This document shows, one piece after another, positions 45,666 through 55,480 of a stretch of 64,000 nucleotides of DNA (positions are counted from its first letter, which is position 1; each line of letters opens with the position of its first letter). The notes beneath the pieces are model-generated. The model made no database searches, was not told where the DNA came from, and was given only the letters and a program-made list of their open reading frames with translations. A program made the translations under genes and the position numbers. Origin of the DNA: Gemmatimonadota bacterium (GTDB lineage Bacteria > Gemmatimonadota > Gemmatimonadetes > Gemmatimonadales > GWC2-71-9); the NCBI GenBank assembly GCA_039589395.1, contig JBDHHK010000001.1, forward strand, positions 13,382 through 77,381, given 5' to 3'.

Positions 45666-46088
45666 ATGCGACAACCAATCGAAAGATCCTGGGAGTACAA
45701 TCTGGCTGCTGAGTTTGGCCATCGAAACGTCACTGCGGAAGTCGAATCGCTCGTAGCGGATTCGGGTGTTCACACTGGCATTGCGGTCGTTCAGACCGTG
45801 GGCTCGACAGTTGGAGTAACCACGATCGAATACGAAAACGGGGCACTGTCTGACCTCGAGAGGGCATTGGAGGTGCTAGCCCCAACTGCAGGCCATTACG
45901 AGCACAACGCGAGGTGGGGAGACGGCAATGGGTTCTCACACATACGGTCAGCGCTGGTCAGGACGTCGGTAACCGTACCCGTCTTGAAGGGTGAGCTGGC
46001 TCTGGGGACATGGCAGCAGATCGTCGTGATCAACTTCGACAACAGAAAACGGTCACGAAGGGTGGTTGCCGTGGTTGTGGGGGCCTGA
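45666..46088 (+). CDS. YjbQ/UPF0047-family protein (secondary thiamine-phosphate synthase-like)
   Basis: Motifs VQTVGSTVGVTTIEYENGALSDLE, HNARWGDGNGFSHIRS and GTWQQIVVINFD. I trimmed the start to the ATG at 45666, which is preceded by GAGGAGG. Confidence 0.8.
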   Translation: MRQPIERSWEYNLAAEFGHRNVTAEVESLVADSGVHTGIAVVQTVGSTVGVTTIEYENGALSDLERALEVLAPTAGHYEHNARWGDGNGFSHIRSALVRTSVTVPVLKGELALGTWQQIVVINFDNRKRSRRVVAVVVGA

Positions 46089-46111
46089 CTGGGGCGAAAA
46101 GTCGGCTGTCT

Positions 46112-46471
46112 TCAGCGTTTGGCCTTCGATTCGGCACCTATGAATCGGTTGGCCGCCCAGCTCGTCAATCCCACGATCAACGAAGCTAGTACTGCTGTGC
46201 CAAGATTGTCGATGTGAAAGGACGACATTATCCAGCTGACTAAAAAGACCATGCAGCCGTTGATCACCAGGATGAAAAGCCCGAGGGTGAGGAAAGTGAT
46301 CGGCAGAGTCAGAAAAAATACAACAGGTCGAACAACGGCGTTGACCAATCCCAGCAGCAATGCAGCCGTTAGGAGAGCGGTGGTCGAGTCGAAGTAGACT
46401 CCGCTCAACACTTCCTCTGCTACCCAGAGACCGAAAGCAGTTACGAGCAAACGTGCGATGAATGAGCGCAT
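46112..46471 (-). CDS. DUF360 / phage-holin-4_2-like small membrane protein
   Basis: 119 aa with 4 hydrophobic helices. GLVNAVVRPVVFFLTLPITFLTLGLF is typical of the family. Confidence 0.7.
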   Translation of the reverse strand: MRSFIARLLVTAFGLWVAEEVLSGVYFDSTTALLTAALLLGLVNAVVRPVVFFLTLPITFLTLGLFILVINGCMVFLVSWIMSSFHIDNLGTAVLASLIVGLTSWAANRFIGAESKAKR

Positions 46472-46529
46472 ATCTAGTTCGCTCTACGCGCCGCTTGCAT
46501 CAACTGTTTCAGATAGGAAAGTGTCGCGC

Positions 46530-47600
46530 TCATAGAATTATGCCGCCTCCAAGGAGACGTTCGTCGTTTTCGTACAGCACCCCCGACTGTCCCGGAGTGA
46601 TGGCGCGGATCGGTTCGGCGAGTTCCAGCATCAAATCCTTTGGGCCATCGTCGTCGCATTCGGTCACTGTTGCATCGATGAGGTTACTACGATAACGCGT
46701 GCACACCCGGCAACGATCACCCACGCCCAACTGCGGTGCGAGCCAGCTCATCTGTCCCAGTGACAATCGGACACCAAATAGATCAGGCTCGGTACCGATC
46801 ACAACCGTCCGATCCTCAGGTGATATTTTCGTGACATACATCGCTTCGGAGAAACCACCCGGCAATCCACGTCGCTGACCTACGGTGAAACGGCCGTACC
46901 CCCTGTGCTCGCCCACGACCTCACCTGCGCTGTTTACGATTGGACCGGGCGAGAGTGCAGGAGATGTGTTTGGCAAATGCTGTTCGAGCACTGCTACGTA
47001 GTTGTTTTCAGGCACAAAGCAGATCTCGACCGACTCCGCTTTCTCCGCGTTGTCAAACCCAAACCGCCTGGCCAAGACTCGAGTCTCAGATTTGGTGAAC
47101 CGGCCCAGCGGAAACATCAGTCGATCGAGCGCGGCCGGGTCGATCGCCCAGAGGAAATACGTCTGCTCTTTCTGGCGGTCCAATCCTCTGTAAAGAGCTC
47201 CGTTCTCCAGAATCGCATAATGCCCTGTCGCGATGCGTTGACAACTCAGCTCGTCGGCATAGGCCATCAAGTCTTTGAACTTGGTGTGAGAGTTACAGCG
47301 CACACACGGTATGGGAGTACGCCCGTGCTCATACTCGGACACGAAATGCCGAATTACATCTCTCTCAAAACTCTCCGACAGATCGAGTACGTAGTGTGGA
47401 ATCCCGAGTTGTCCAGCCACTCGGGCAGCGTCGCGAATGGACTCAACAGAGCAGCATGGCCGGTCCGGTAAAGCATCATCGTAACAAAACAGCTTCATGG
47501 TGACGCCAACGACATCGTAGCCTTGTTCTACCAACAGAGCTGCAGTAACAGAGCTGTCGACACCGCCTGACATGGCTACTAGGACACGGTCGTTGGGCAT
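46530..47600 (-). CDS. mnmA: tRNA-specific 2-thiouridylase
   Basis: PP-loop VAMSGGVDSSV, CCSVES, IATGHYA and GQ..V.Y motifs. Confidence 0.93.
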   Translation of the reverse strand: MPNDRVLVAMSGGVDSSVTAALLVEQGYDVVGVTMKLFCYDDALPDRPCCSVESIRDAARVAGQLGIPHYVLDLSESFERDVIRHFVSEYEHGRTPIPCVRCNSHTKFKDLMAYADELSCQRIATGHYAILENGALYRGLDRQKEQTYFLWAIDPAALDRLMFPLGRFTKSETRVLARRFGFDNAEKAESVEICFVPENNYVAVLEQHLPNTSPALSPGPIVNSAGEVVGEHRGYGRFTVGQRRGLPGGFSEAMYVTKISPEDRTVVIGTEPDLFGVRLSLGQMSWLAPQLGVGDRCRVCTRYRSNLIDATVTECDDDGPKDLMLELAEPIRAITPGQSGVLYENDERLLGGGIIL

Positions 47601-47672
47601 GGATTGAAGTTAAGAGAGGAGAGGGTGAGGCGGGAGGAGCCGGAGAAGTGAGAGAAGCGGGTGGCATGAGTC

Positions 47673-47721
47673 GGATAGGCGGCATGAGCGGCTTGTGCTG
47701 CCTATCCATCGAATGCCGCTC
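47673..47721 (-). promoter_or_regulatory. interleaved complementary segments (pseudoknot-capable or alternative hairpins) between the deacetylase gene and mnmA
   Basis: On the plus strand, GGATAGGC (47673-80) pairs with GCCTATCC (47700-07). GAGCGGC (47686-92) pairs with GCCGCTC (47715-21). The order is A-B-A'-B'. Confidence 0.3.
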
Positions 47722-47749
47722 TTGTCGCAGGGAGGGTGTGCGTTGGCGG

Positions 47750-48475
47750 CTAGATCGACTTAACCCCCATACCCACGATGTCGTCCACCCTCACCGTCTC
47801 GTCAGTCAAGAACGGCTCACCGTACGCGGTGCGAATCAGACTGCCGTAGTGTTGATTCTGCGTTCGAATCAGGTCTACAAACGGCTGCCCGGTCAGGTAG
47901 AGCTCCCCCGCTTCCAGAACACCTTCAAACTGCGAGGAATAGCAGGCAACAGCTTCGAGCTTCTTTTCGAACTCGTCGGATATGTCCACGACAAATGTGG
48001 GCTTCACCGGGTCTTCTCGGTAGGCCATGGCGTAGATGATCTTCTCGACCTTATGCGGTTCGCCATCAGCGTCGTATTTGGCCAGTTTGCTCAGGAAACA
48101 CGCGTCACGCCCGAGTTCTGACGCAATGCGATGGTCCGGGTGACGGCCGACGGGAAATGGAAGGATGACGGTGCGAGGTCTGAGATTCCTCAGCAGAGTT
48201 ACCACGATCCGCCTGGTATCGTCCGTATTGTGGAGCCCTGCGTCTGGCAGTCCAGCATTTAGCCGCTGGTACACTCCCAAGACTTCTCCCGCCGCTCGCG
48301 CTTCTCCCGCTCTCTTTTCCGCCGATCCGCGCGTACCCATGTCTCCTCTTGTGAGGTCCACAATGGCCGTTCGGTAACCTGACCGAGCCGCTTTCGCCAG
48401 TGTACCGCCACATGTGAGCTCGGCGTCGTCCGGGTGAGCCGCTATAGCAAGTATGTCGGCGTGCAAGTCGCTCAT
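47750..48475 (-). CDS. PIG-L/LmbE-family N-acetylglucosaminyl deacetylase (BshB1-like)
   Basis: AIAAHPDDAELTCGGT and HPDH motifs, with end-to-end resemblance to B. subtilis BshB1 by eye. The start overlaps the upstream permease stop by 4 nt. Confidence 0.8.
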   Translation of the reverse strand: MSDLHADILAIAAHPDDAELTCGGTLAKAARSGYRTAIVDLTRGDMGTRGSAEKRAGEARAAGEVLGVYQRLNAGLPDAGLHNTDDTRRIVVTLLRNLRPRTVILPFPVGRHPDHRIASELGRDACFLSKLAKYDADGEPHKVEKIIYAMAYREDPVKPTFVVDISDEFEKKLEAVACYSSQFEGVLEAGELYLTGQPFVDLIRTQNQHYGSLIRTAYGEPFLTDETVRVDDIVGMGVKSI

Positions 48476-49692
48476 TCGTACCTCAATGCCTCAACTGGGT
48501 CCAGCCGAGCTGCCCGAGCGGCAGGATAGATGCCGAAAAAGATACCGGTTAGAATCGAGGCACTCAATGCGGCAACGACTGACCAGAAGGGCACTGATGC
48601 GGGAATGGGGGTAGTCTGAGCGATTATGAAACTTATGAGCCCACCTGCGATCATCCCGATCGCTCCTCCGATGAACGTGAGGGTGGCGGCCTCGACCAGG
48701 AACTGCCAGAGTATCTCCCTACGTCGTGCGCCTATAGCTTTTCGAACTCCAATCTCACGTGTGCGTTCGGTGACAGAGATCATCATTATCGCAACAACAC
48801 CGACACCGCCTACCATCAAGCCGATACTGGACAAAACGAGCATGACGAGGAAGAACATTCCCGTCACCTTGTTCCAGTTTTCGAGCGCCTTGTCTTGCGT
48901 GACCACGCCAAAGTTGTTCTCATCCCGGGGGCCCAATCCCCGAATCGAGCGCATGGCCGCCGTGACGTCTTCTGTAGCTTCGTTAACGGAAACGCCCGGT
49001 GCCGGTGAGACGAAGAAGGTGAGACCGAACCGCCATGTCCGGAGGTACTTCCTGAATGCGCCCTGTGGAACGGTTGCTTCTGGACGGTTCCCCTGGCCGA
49101 AAATGTCCGGCGGCGGTTGATAGATCCCAATTACTCTGAACGGAACGCCGCGGATTTTGATACGGCGTCCGAGCGGGTCGCGATGGCCGAAAAGTTCGTC
49201 GGCCATGCGCTCATTAATGACGGCTACGCGAGTGTTCGCATCCGACTCGAGTCTGGTGAACGAGCGCCCGGGATAGATGTCGCCGCCCATCACCGAAGGC
49301 CATCCGGCGCTGCGTCCTCGAATCGATACGGACCTGAGTGTATGGCTCTCGAATTCCACATCTCGCGACGCACCTTCGTCCAGCACCACCAAGGAGATGG
49401 TGGGCACTTCGCCGAGTCTCTCTCCCTCCCGTTCGGTGAGCGGAGGTGCGCGGCGCCACTCGTCGTCGTCGAACACAACGCCCGTCTGGGGCGAACGCTG
49501 CACGAAGAAAGTGCGGGGGCCGAGTTGCTCGAAGATCTCGGCCACGCCGCTGTTGATGCCGGAGATCATGGATCCGATGATCATTACCACCATGACGCCG
49601 ATTGAAATCCCAAGTATGGTGAGTGCTGCCCGAGCCTTGTTGGCTTGGAGCGAACTCAGCGCAATACCCACACCTTCAAGCAACTGTGTCAT
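48472..49692 (-). CDS. FtsX/MacB-type ABC permease, B-type copy 2
   Basis: N-terminal TM, a large periplasmic domain, and a C-terminal 3-TM FtsX domain (ERTREIGVRKAIGARRREI). I trimmed the start to the ATG at 49692, which is 8 nt after the upstream stop. Confidence 0.88.
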   Translation of the reverse strand: MTQLLEGVGIALSSLQANKARAALTILGISIGVMVVMIIGSMISGINSGVAEIFEQLGPRTFFVQRSPQTGVVFDDDEWRRAPPLTEREGERLGEVPTISLVVLDEGASRDVEFESHTLRSVSIRGRSAGWPSVMGGDIYPGRSFTRLESDANTRVAVINERMADELFGHRDPLGRRIKIRGVPFRVIGIYQPPPDIFGQGNRPEATVPQGAFRKYLRTWRFGLTFFVSPAPGVSVNEATEDVTAAMRSIRGLGPRDENNFGVVTQDKALENWNKVTGMFFLVMLVLSSIGLMVGGVGVVAIMMISVTERTREIGVRKAIGARRREILWQFLVEAATLTFIGGAIGMIAGGLISFIIAQTTPIPASVPFWSVVAALSASILTGIFFGIYPAARAARLDPVEALRYE

Positions 49693-49699
49693 GGCTATC

Positions 49700-50938
49700 T
49701 CACTCGTGGCGCATGGCGTCAACCGGATCCAGTCGCGCCGCGCGACTTGCGGGATAAATCCCTGCTGAAACACCGACTCCAGCGCCCAAAAGTACTCCGA
49801 CGACTATCGACCAAGGGGCGACAGTGGCCGGCAAGGGGGTGGTGGCATCTACGATTTCTGCCAATCCTACTCCGGTGCCGATTCCGATCGCGGCACCCAA
49901 GGTGGCTAGCGTCGTAGCCTCGACCAAGAACTGCCGCAAGATGTCTTTTCGTCGCGCCCCCAGCGACTTCCTGATGCCAATTTCCCGTGTGCGTTCGGCA
50001 ACCGACATCAACATGATGTTCATGATCACGATTCCACCCACTACCAGCGATACGCTCACGAGGCCGGGAAGCACGGCGAAGAGGATTCTGCTGATATTGG
50101 CCCAGAAGTCGAGTATCGCATCCGCGGACTCGAGGGCGAACGTATTCTCCTCGGCGGGGCGTAGAGTCCGGCGGCTCCGCATCACGGCCTCCACGTCTGC
50201 AATGGCTGTTGCCATCGACTCTGGCGAATCGGCCTTGACCAGCAGGACATCTACTACTCGAGGTGGATTGACGAAGCGTTTCACTGGAGACAAAGCAGGC
50301 GCGACCGCAAACTCGTCGAGCGAAAACCCGAAGATCTCTCCCTGGCTTTCGACGACACCGATGACACGATAGGGTAAGCCTCTGATCTTTATCTCTTTAC
50401 GAAGCGGATCTGTGCCTTCGAAGAGGCCTTCAGCGATCTTGCTTCCGAGTACCACGACAGGCTGACCGGACCGCGCTTCCTGCTGACTGAATGCTCGCCC
50501 CTGATCTATGATCCAGCTCTTGACGTCGAAATACAGGTCGGACGCTCCGATGACGCGGATTCGCGCTGATCTATCGCGGTATTCCACCTCGGCTCCGGCT
50601 ACAGATTCCCAGGCGGTAACAACCGGGACAGATATGCCGGCAGCCGCTGCTCGCGCGTCTTCGTAACTTATCCGTGGACGGCGCACCCACTCTCGCCAGG
50701 TTTCTCGCGATACGTCACCCGGGTTGAAATCTGGGTAGCGGCGTAGTTGAAATGTGTTGGCGCCCAGGAAATTCCCCGCAACCTGCTCCTTCATGTACGT
50801 GTTCATGCCCTCTACTATCGTGACCACGGCGATCAAGAAAGACACTCCGATAAACACGCCAATGACGGAGAAGATGCTTTTCATCTTGCTTGACCAAATG
50901 ACTTGGAGGGCGAGGCGGATTGCTTCGCGAAAAGGCAT
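49700..50938 (-). CDS. FtsX/MacB-type ABC permease, A-type copy 2
   Basis: Same architecture as the other permeases. ERTREIGIRKSLGARRKDILRQF motif. Confidence 0.88.
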   Translation of the reverse strand: MPFREAIRLALQVIWSSKMKSIFSVIGVFIGVSFLIAVVTIVEGMNTYMKEQVAGNFLGANTFQLRRYPDFNPGDVSRETWREWVRRPRISYEDARAAAAGISVPVVTAWESVAGAEVEYRDRSARIRVIGASDLYFDVKSWIIDQGRAFSQQEARSGQPVVVLGSKIAEGLFEGTDPLRKEIKIRGLPYRVIGVVESQGEIFGFSLDEFAVAPALSPVKRFVNPPRVVDVLLVKADSPESMATAIADVEAVMRSRRTLRPAEENTFALESADAILDFWANISRILFAVLPGLVSVSLVVGGIVIMNIMLMSVAERTREIGIRKSLGARRKDILRQFLVEATTLATLGAAIGIGTGVGLAEIVDATTPLPATVAPWSIVVGVLLGAGVGVSAGIYPASRAARLDPVDAMRHE

Positions 50939-51050
50939 TGCGTTTAGCTCGGAATGTGTCGTATGGGGTTGTGAGAAGATGGCAAGTCAGATCCCCCCGT
51001 TTTAGCTGCCGCTCCTGCCCCCTCTCCCACCGGTGTGGTGCGGGGCGAGG

Positions 51051-52277
51051 TCACTCGTATCTCAAAGCATCAACGGGATCCAACCGCGCCGCCTTGGCCG
51101 CCGGATAGAGACCGAAACCAACGCCTGTGAACGTCGCCGCGCAGAGGGCTGCAACCACCGACCAGAAAGGTACAGATGCTGGCAGTGGAGTGAAGGCTTT
51201 CACCAGCAATGTGAGTGTCCCGCCACCAATTATCCCGATTGCACCGCCGATGAGGGTGAGCGTGGCGGCTTCTACGAGGAACTGCCACATGATCTCCCGC
51301 CGCTTCGCCCCGAGTGCCTTTCGTACGCCGATTTCTCGTGTGCGCTCGGTTACCGAGATCATCATGATTGCCACGACGCCGATGCCGCCAACCATCAGCG
51401 CTACGCCCGAAAGGGCAATCATCACCACAAAGAACATTCCAGTTACTTGATTGAAGTTCTCGAGGAGCTTGTCCTGAGTCACCACGTCAAAGTTGTTCTC
51501 TTCACCGGGGCGAAGCTTTCGTATGCTCCGCATTGAAGCAATCACATTTTCAATCGCATCTGCAACCGTAACGCCGGGTACCGGAGCGACCATGAAGTCA
51601 TCTATCGAGCGGCGAAAAGTGCGGAGGTATTTGACGTAGGTCGCATGCGGAACCACGGCTTGCGGCTGATTACCTTGCCCGAATACGTCCGGCGGAGGGT
51701 TGAATACTCCGATGACCTGGTACGGCTCTCCTCCGACCTTGATACGCTTCCCCAGCGGATCGAGGTTTCCAAATAGCTCGTCCGCGAGCTTCTTGTTGAC
51801 CACAACAACACGGTCCTTTGCCAACTCCTCGACGAAAGTGAATGACCGCCCCGGATATATGTCGCCGCCGCTCACCTCGAGCCATTTGCTGCCGCGGCCG
51901 AGAACTCCGACGCTACTCAGGTTCTGGTTTTTAAACTCAATTGTTCTGCTCGTATACTCGTCTTTCACTACGAAAGCGATCGAAGGCGACCTGGCGATCC
52001 ACTCGGCCTCTTCTTCGGTGAGTTGAGGGGGACGACGACGCCTCGTGCCGTCGCTGATCTGAATTCCGGCCTGGAACTCGCGAAATACAAAGAAGGTGCG
52101 TGGGCCCAACTGCTCCACTATGTCGGTGACACCAGTGTTGATACCACGAACCACCGAGGCGATAACCATCACGACCATCACCCCAATCGCGATTCCAAGT
52201 ATGGTCAGTGCTGCTCGTGCCTTGTTGGCACGCACAGAGCTGAGCGCGATGGCCACACCTTCAATGAGTGAGGTCAC
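51051..52277 (-). CDS. FtsX/MacB-type ABC permease, B-type copy 1
   Basis: Same architecture. ERTREIGVRKALGAKRREI motif. Confidence 0.88.
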   Translation of the reverse strand: MTSLIEGVAIALSSVRANKARAALTILGIAIGVMVVMVIASVVRGINTGVTDIVEQLGPRTFFVFREFQAGIQISDGTRRRRPPQLTEEEAEWIARSPSIAFVVKDEYTSRTIEFKNQNLSSVGVLGRGSKWLEVSGGDIYPGRSFTFVEELAKDRVVVVNKKLADELFGNLDPLGKRIKVGGEPYQVIGVFNPPPDVFGQGNQPQAVVPHATYVKYLRTFRRSIDDFMVAPVPGVTVADAIENVIASMRSIRKLRPGEENNFDVVTQDKLLENFNQVTGMFFVVMIALSGVALMVGGIGVVAIMMISVTERTREIGVRKALGAKRREIMWQFLVEAATLTLIGGAIGIIGGGTLTLLVKAFTPLPASVPFWSVVAALCAATFTGVGFGLYPAAKAARLDPVDALRYE

Positions 52278-52280
52278 CGA

Positions 52281-53522
52281 TCACTCCTGTCGCATTGCGA
52301 CAACTGGGTCCAATCGTGATGCTCGCCCTGCGGGGTAGACACCGGCGATGATCCCTACCCCTGCGCCGAGCAATACTCCCACTACGATCGACCAGGGAGC
52401 AACGCTTGCTGGAAGCCACGTAGACGCGTCGACGAGTCGCGCCAGCAGCAAACCCGTGGCAACCCCAAGGGCGGCTCCAACGGTCGCAAGTGTCGCGGAT
52501 TCAACCAGGAATTGTCTCAGTATGTCCTTTCGGCGGGCACCCAGCGATTTCCGAATTCCTATCTCTCGGGTCCTCTCTGACACGGACATCAACATGATGT
52601 TCATGATCACTATCCCGCCCACCACCAACGAAATGCCGACCAGGCCCGGCAGTGCTATCATCATGACCGAGTAGATCTGATCCCAGAAATCCAACACTGC
52701 ATCCGCGGTCTGTAGCGTGAAGTCGCTTTCTTCCCTTGGTCTCAGACCGCGCCGGCTGCGCATTATGGCCTCGGCCTCGGCCATGGCATTTTGCATTTCT
52801 TCAATAGTTGCTGCCTTGACCGTCACCCCGTCCACGATCCCTGCTGGGTTCGCGAATCGCTTGACTGGTGAAGTGGCAGGCGCGACCGCAAACTTGTCGA
52901 GTGAAATTCCGAAAACGTTACCCTGTTCTTCGACGACTCCCACCACGCGATATGGGATGCCGCGTATGTTAAGCTCATTGCCAAGAGGCTCATCGTTGCC
53001 GAAAAGCTGATTCGCCAGTTCACTTCCGATTACAACCACCGGTCGGGAAGCCTGAACTTCATACTGTGAAAAGGCACGGCCTCGCTCGATGGTCAGACTC
53101 TTGATATCGAAGAAGTTGGCCGATGCACCGGTGACCCTGACCCCCTCGACGTCCCGGTTCCTGTAGCGGACAGTAGCCCCGATTTCAGATTGCCAACCGA
53201 CCAATGCAGGTGTAGTGAGTTTGTCTCTGATTGCGTGGGCGTCATCGTAGGTGATACGAGGTCTGCGACGCCAGGCTCGCCGAGTCTCCTCGCTTGTGTT
53301 GCCCATCTGCACATTTGGTCGTTGGCGCAACTCGAATGTATTGACTCCGAGCAGCACACCCGCGAAGTCGTCGCGCATGTAGCTATTCATGCCCTCAACG
53401 ACTGTGACTACCGCGATCAAAAAAGTGACGCCCACGAACACTCCAATGACCGAAAAGGCGCTCTTCATCTTCTGGGCCCAGATCATGTGGAGTGCCAGCC
53501 GAACCGCCTCCCAGACAGGCAT
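52281..53522 (-). CDS. FtsX/MacB-type ABC permease, A-type copy 1
   Basis: Same architecture. ERTREIGIRKSLGARRKDILRQF motif. Confidence 0.88.
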   Translation of the reverse strand: MPVWEAVRLALHMIWAQKMKSAFSVIGVFVGVTFLIAVVTVVEGMNSYMRDDFAGVLLGVNTFELRQRPNVQMGNTSEETRRAWRRRPRITYDDAHAIRDKLTTPALVGWQSEIGATVRYRNRDVEGVRVTGASANFFDIKSLTIERGRAFSQYEVQASRPVVVIGSELANQLFGNDEPLGNELNIRGIPYRVVGVVEEQGNVFGISLDKFAVAPATSPVKRFANPAGIVDGVTVKAATIEEMQNAMAEAEAIMRSRRGLRPREESDFTLQTADAVLDFWDQIYSVMMIALPGLVGISLVVGGIVIMNIMLMSVSERTREIGIRKSLGARRKDILRQFLVESATLATVGAALGVATGLLLARLVDASTWLPASVAPWSIVVGVLLGAGVGIIAGVYPAGRASRLDPVVAMRQE

Positions 53523-53526
53523 TGGG

Positions 53527-54225
53527 TTATGCGGCCTCTTGCAGGGTGTCGCTGTGAATGGATCCGTCTCGTAGGGTTATGACGCGTTTGGCATGCAACG
53601 CAACGTCGGCCTCATGGGTTACGACAACCACCGTCTGACCATGCTCGTGGAGCGACGCAAAAACACCCATAATCTCTTGACTCGTAACCGAATCGAGGTT
53701 TCCCGTGGGCTCATCGGCCAGCAGAATGCTCGGTTCGTTCACTAGTGCGCGAGCGACGGCTACACGTTGGCGTTGACCGCCCGAAAGCTCACTCGGCTTG
53801 TGGGCCATCCGGTCAGCAAGCCCGACTCGATCCAGAGCCAAGGCGGCCTTCCTGCGCCGGACGCTCGCCTTCACTCCGGCATATATCAATGGCAACTCTA
53901 CGTTGTGAAGGGCCGTCGCCCGCGGCAGGAGATTGAAAGTCTGAAAGACAAACCCGATCTCGCGGTTTCGGATGCGTGCCAGTTCGTTGTCGCCCACCCG
54001 TGAGACCTCGACACCATTCAACCGGTATGTACCGGCAGACGGAGTGTCGAGACAGCCGAGGATATTCATCAGGGTGGATTTCCCCGAGCCCGACGGCCCC
54101 ATTATCGCCACGTATTCATTGAGGCGGATGTCTAAGTCCACACCACGCAACGCCTGCACCACTTCGGCGTCCATGGCATATTCCCGTTTGAGGTCACGCA
54201 CACAGATCAGCGCGCGGTCGCTCAT
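53527..54225 (-). CDS. ABC transporter ATP-binding protein (MacB/LolD-type)
   Basis: Walker [10 protein letters not shown], signature [15 protein letters not shown], and Walker [13 protein letters not shown]. Confidence 0.92.
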   Translation of the reverse strand: MSDRALICVRDLKREYAMDAEVVQALRGVDLDIRLNEYVAIMGPSGSGKSTLMNILGCLDTPSAGTYRLNGVEVSRVGDNELARIRNREIGFVFQTFNLLPRATALHNVELPLIYAGVKASVRRRKAALALDRVGLADRMAHKPSELSGGQRQRVAVARALVNEPSILLADEPTGNLDSVTSQEIMGVFASLHEHGQTVVVVTHEADVALHAKRVITLRDGSIHSDTLQEAA

Positions 54226-55463
54226 CTGTTGCCTTCCTCTTCCCCGGAGGCGCTAGTCGGAGTCACTGCGGTGGAATCGTCGAGGTCACGAATTGTCTGA
54301 TACGGGCCCGCCACTATCGTGTCACCGGCGGAGAGGCCGTCCAGTACCTCGAAATGCTCCTCGCCCGCGATACCCACCGTGACGGGACGGAAGTGTGCGA
54401 GACCTTCGACCACGACAAATACTCCTTCGGTTTCTGTGGCTGTCGTGTCCTGGGGTGATGTCTCGGTGGAGATGGGTGTATGCTCGCGAACCGTCAGCGC
54501 GATTATCGGGATACTCAACGAGCTGTCGCGTGTGGCGGTTACGATCTTGGCGGTCGCGGACAGGTCGGGACGAATATCCACAGGTGGATCGTCCATTGTG
54601 ATTTCAACGTCGTAGTCCACGGCTTGGTCACCGGCGGCTGCAGCTGCGGTCCGGACCGCACTCTGTGCTATTCGCGTGACGCGCCCAGTAAACGCGGTGT
54701 CTGGGTACGCATCGATCTCGATCTCGGTTGAATCGCCGACATGGAGTCGCACCACGTCTGTCTCATCCACACGAACATTTACCTGAATAATGGAGAGGTC
54801 GCTCACCGTCATCAGCAAACCGGTCTCGCGAGAAAAAGTTCCTGGGACCGCGACCTCCCCTTGCTCGACGGCTAGCCTGGTGACCTGCCCGGCCATCGGC
54901 GCGCGCAGAATGGTCTTTGCGAGCTGCTCCTCGGCTTCTTGGAGCATTGCCCGAGCTTGCTCGACCTGATGCTCGGAGGAGTTTGCAACGGCCGCCGCGA
55001 CCTCGAAGTTCGTTTGAGCCGTCTCGAGTTGTTCTTCAGAGACGAGCGTCGAATCGCGGTCGTTGAGTTCGAGCGATCGATTCAGGGCGCGTTCTGCCTG
55101 ATCGCGGTTAGCGCGGGCCTGCAGAGCCGATGCTTCAGCGGATGCCAGTCCGGCTTGCGAACGAGCGACCCCTGCTTCGTATTGTGAGGGATCTATGCGA
55201 ACGAGTAGCTGACCGGCCTCTACCCAATCGCCTTCCTCGACTGGAAGGTCTATGATCCGACCGGTAATGTCGGAGCTGATGTCTACCTTGCGAGTCGGCT
55301 CGATTTGGCCACTCGCAGTGACAGTGGCAACGAGCGCGCGGTGCTCAACTGCTTCCAGTCGCACGGATGTTGCTCCTTCACCCCTTGCGGCGTTGAGTCC
55401 GATCACCGCTATGACGGCGACGGCGCCCAGGCCGGCAATAGTCAGCTTCTTGCGTCCTGACAT
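54222..55463 (-). CDS. periplasmic adaptor (membrane fusion protein, MacA/HlyD-like)
   Basis: N-terminal TM, a lipoyl-like segment, a long alpha-hairpin (coiled coil), and beta-barrel segments. Overlaps the ATPase start by 4 nt. Confidence 0.85.
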   Translation of the reverse strand: MSGRKKLTIAGLGAVAVIAVIGLNAARGEGATSVRLEAVEHRALVATVTASGQIEPTRKVDISSDITGRIIDLPVEEGDWVEAGQLLVRIDPSQYEAGVARSQAGLASAEASALQARANRDQAERALNRSLELNDRDSTLVSEEQLETAQTNFEVAAAVANSSEHQVEQARAMLQEAEEQLAKTILRAPMAGQVTRLAVEQGEVAVPGTFSRETGLLMTVSDLSIIQVNVRVDETDVVRLHVGDSTEIEIDAYPDTAFTGRVTRIAQSAVRTAAAAAGDQAVDYDVEITMDDPPVDIRPDLSATAKIVTATRDSSLSIPIIALTVREHTPISTETSPQDTTATETEGVFVVVEGLAHFRPVTVGIAGEEHFEVLDGLSAGDTIVAGPYQTIRDLDDSTAVTPTSASGEEEGNR

Positions 55464-55480
55464 GAATCCCTTTCCGGCAG

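Larger units (their letters stand above)
48472..53522 (-). repeat. tandem duplication of a two-gene permease module (A1-B1 / A2-B2), diverged
   Basis: By-eye alignment: A1 vs A2 are identical at 41/60 of the first 60 residues and higher at the C-terminus. B1 vs B2 are identical at 32/40 of the first 40 residues. A 112-bp spacer separates the two modules. Confidence 0.8.

Noticed and set aside
46112-46471. Phage-holin-like (DUF360) gene as a hint of a prophage or lysis cassette.
   Set aside because: There is no endolysin, spanin, integrase, terminase or att-like repeat nearby. The neighbours are mnmA and yjbQ, and this family is widespread as a chromosomal membrane protein.
50939-51050. Possible intrinsic terminator in the 112-bp gap between the two permease modules.
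   Set aside because: Only a 4-bp stem (CCAC/GTGG around the CACCGGTG palindrome) can be drawn, and there is no U-tract. That is insufficient to call a terminator or promoter.
48472-53522. Repeated permease genes as a possible mobile element or recent assembly duplication.
   Set aside because: The copies are substantially diverged at the protein level (roughly two-thirds to four-fifths identity in the stretches aligned by eye). There are no flanking inverted repeats or transposase. It is an old tandem gene duplication, not an IS or collapse artefact.
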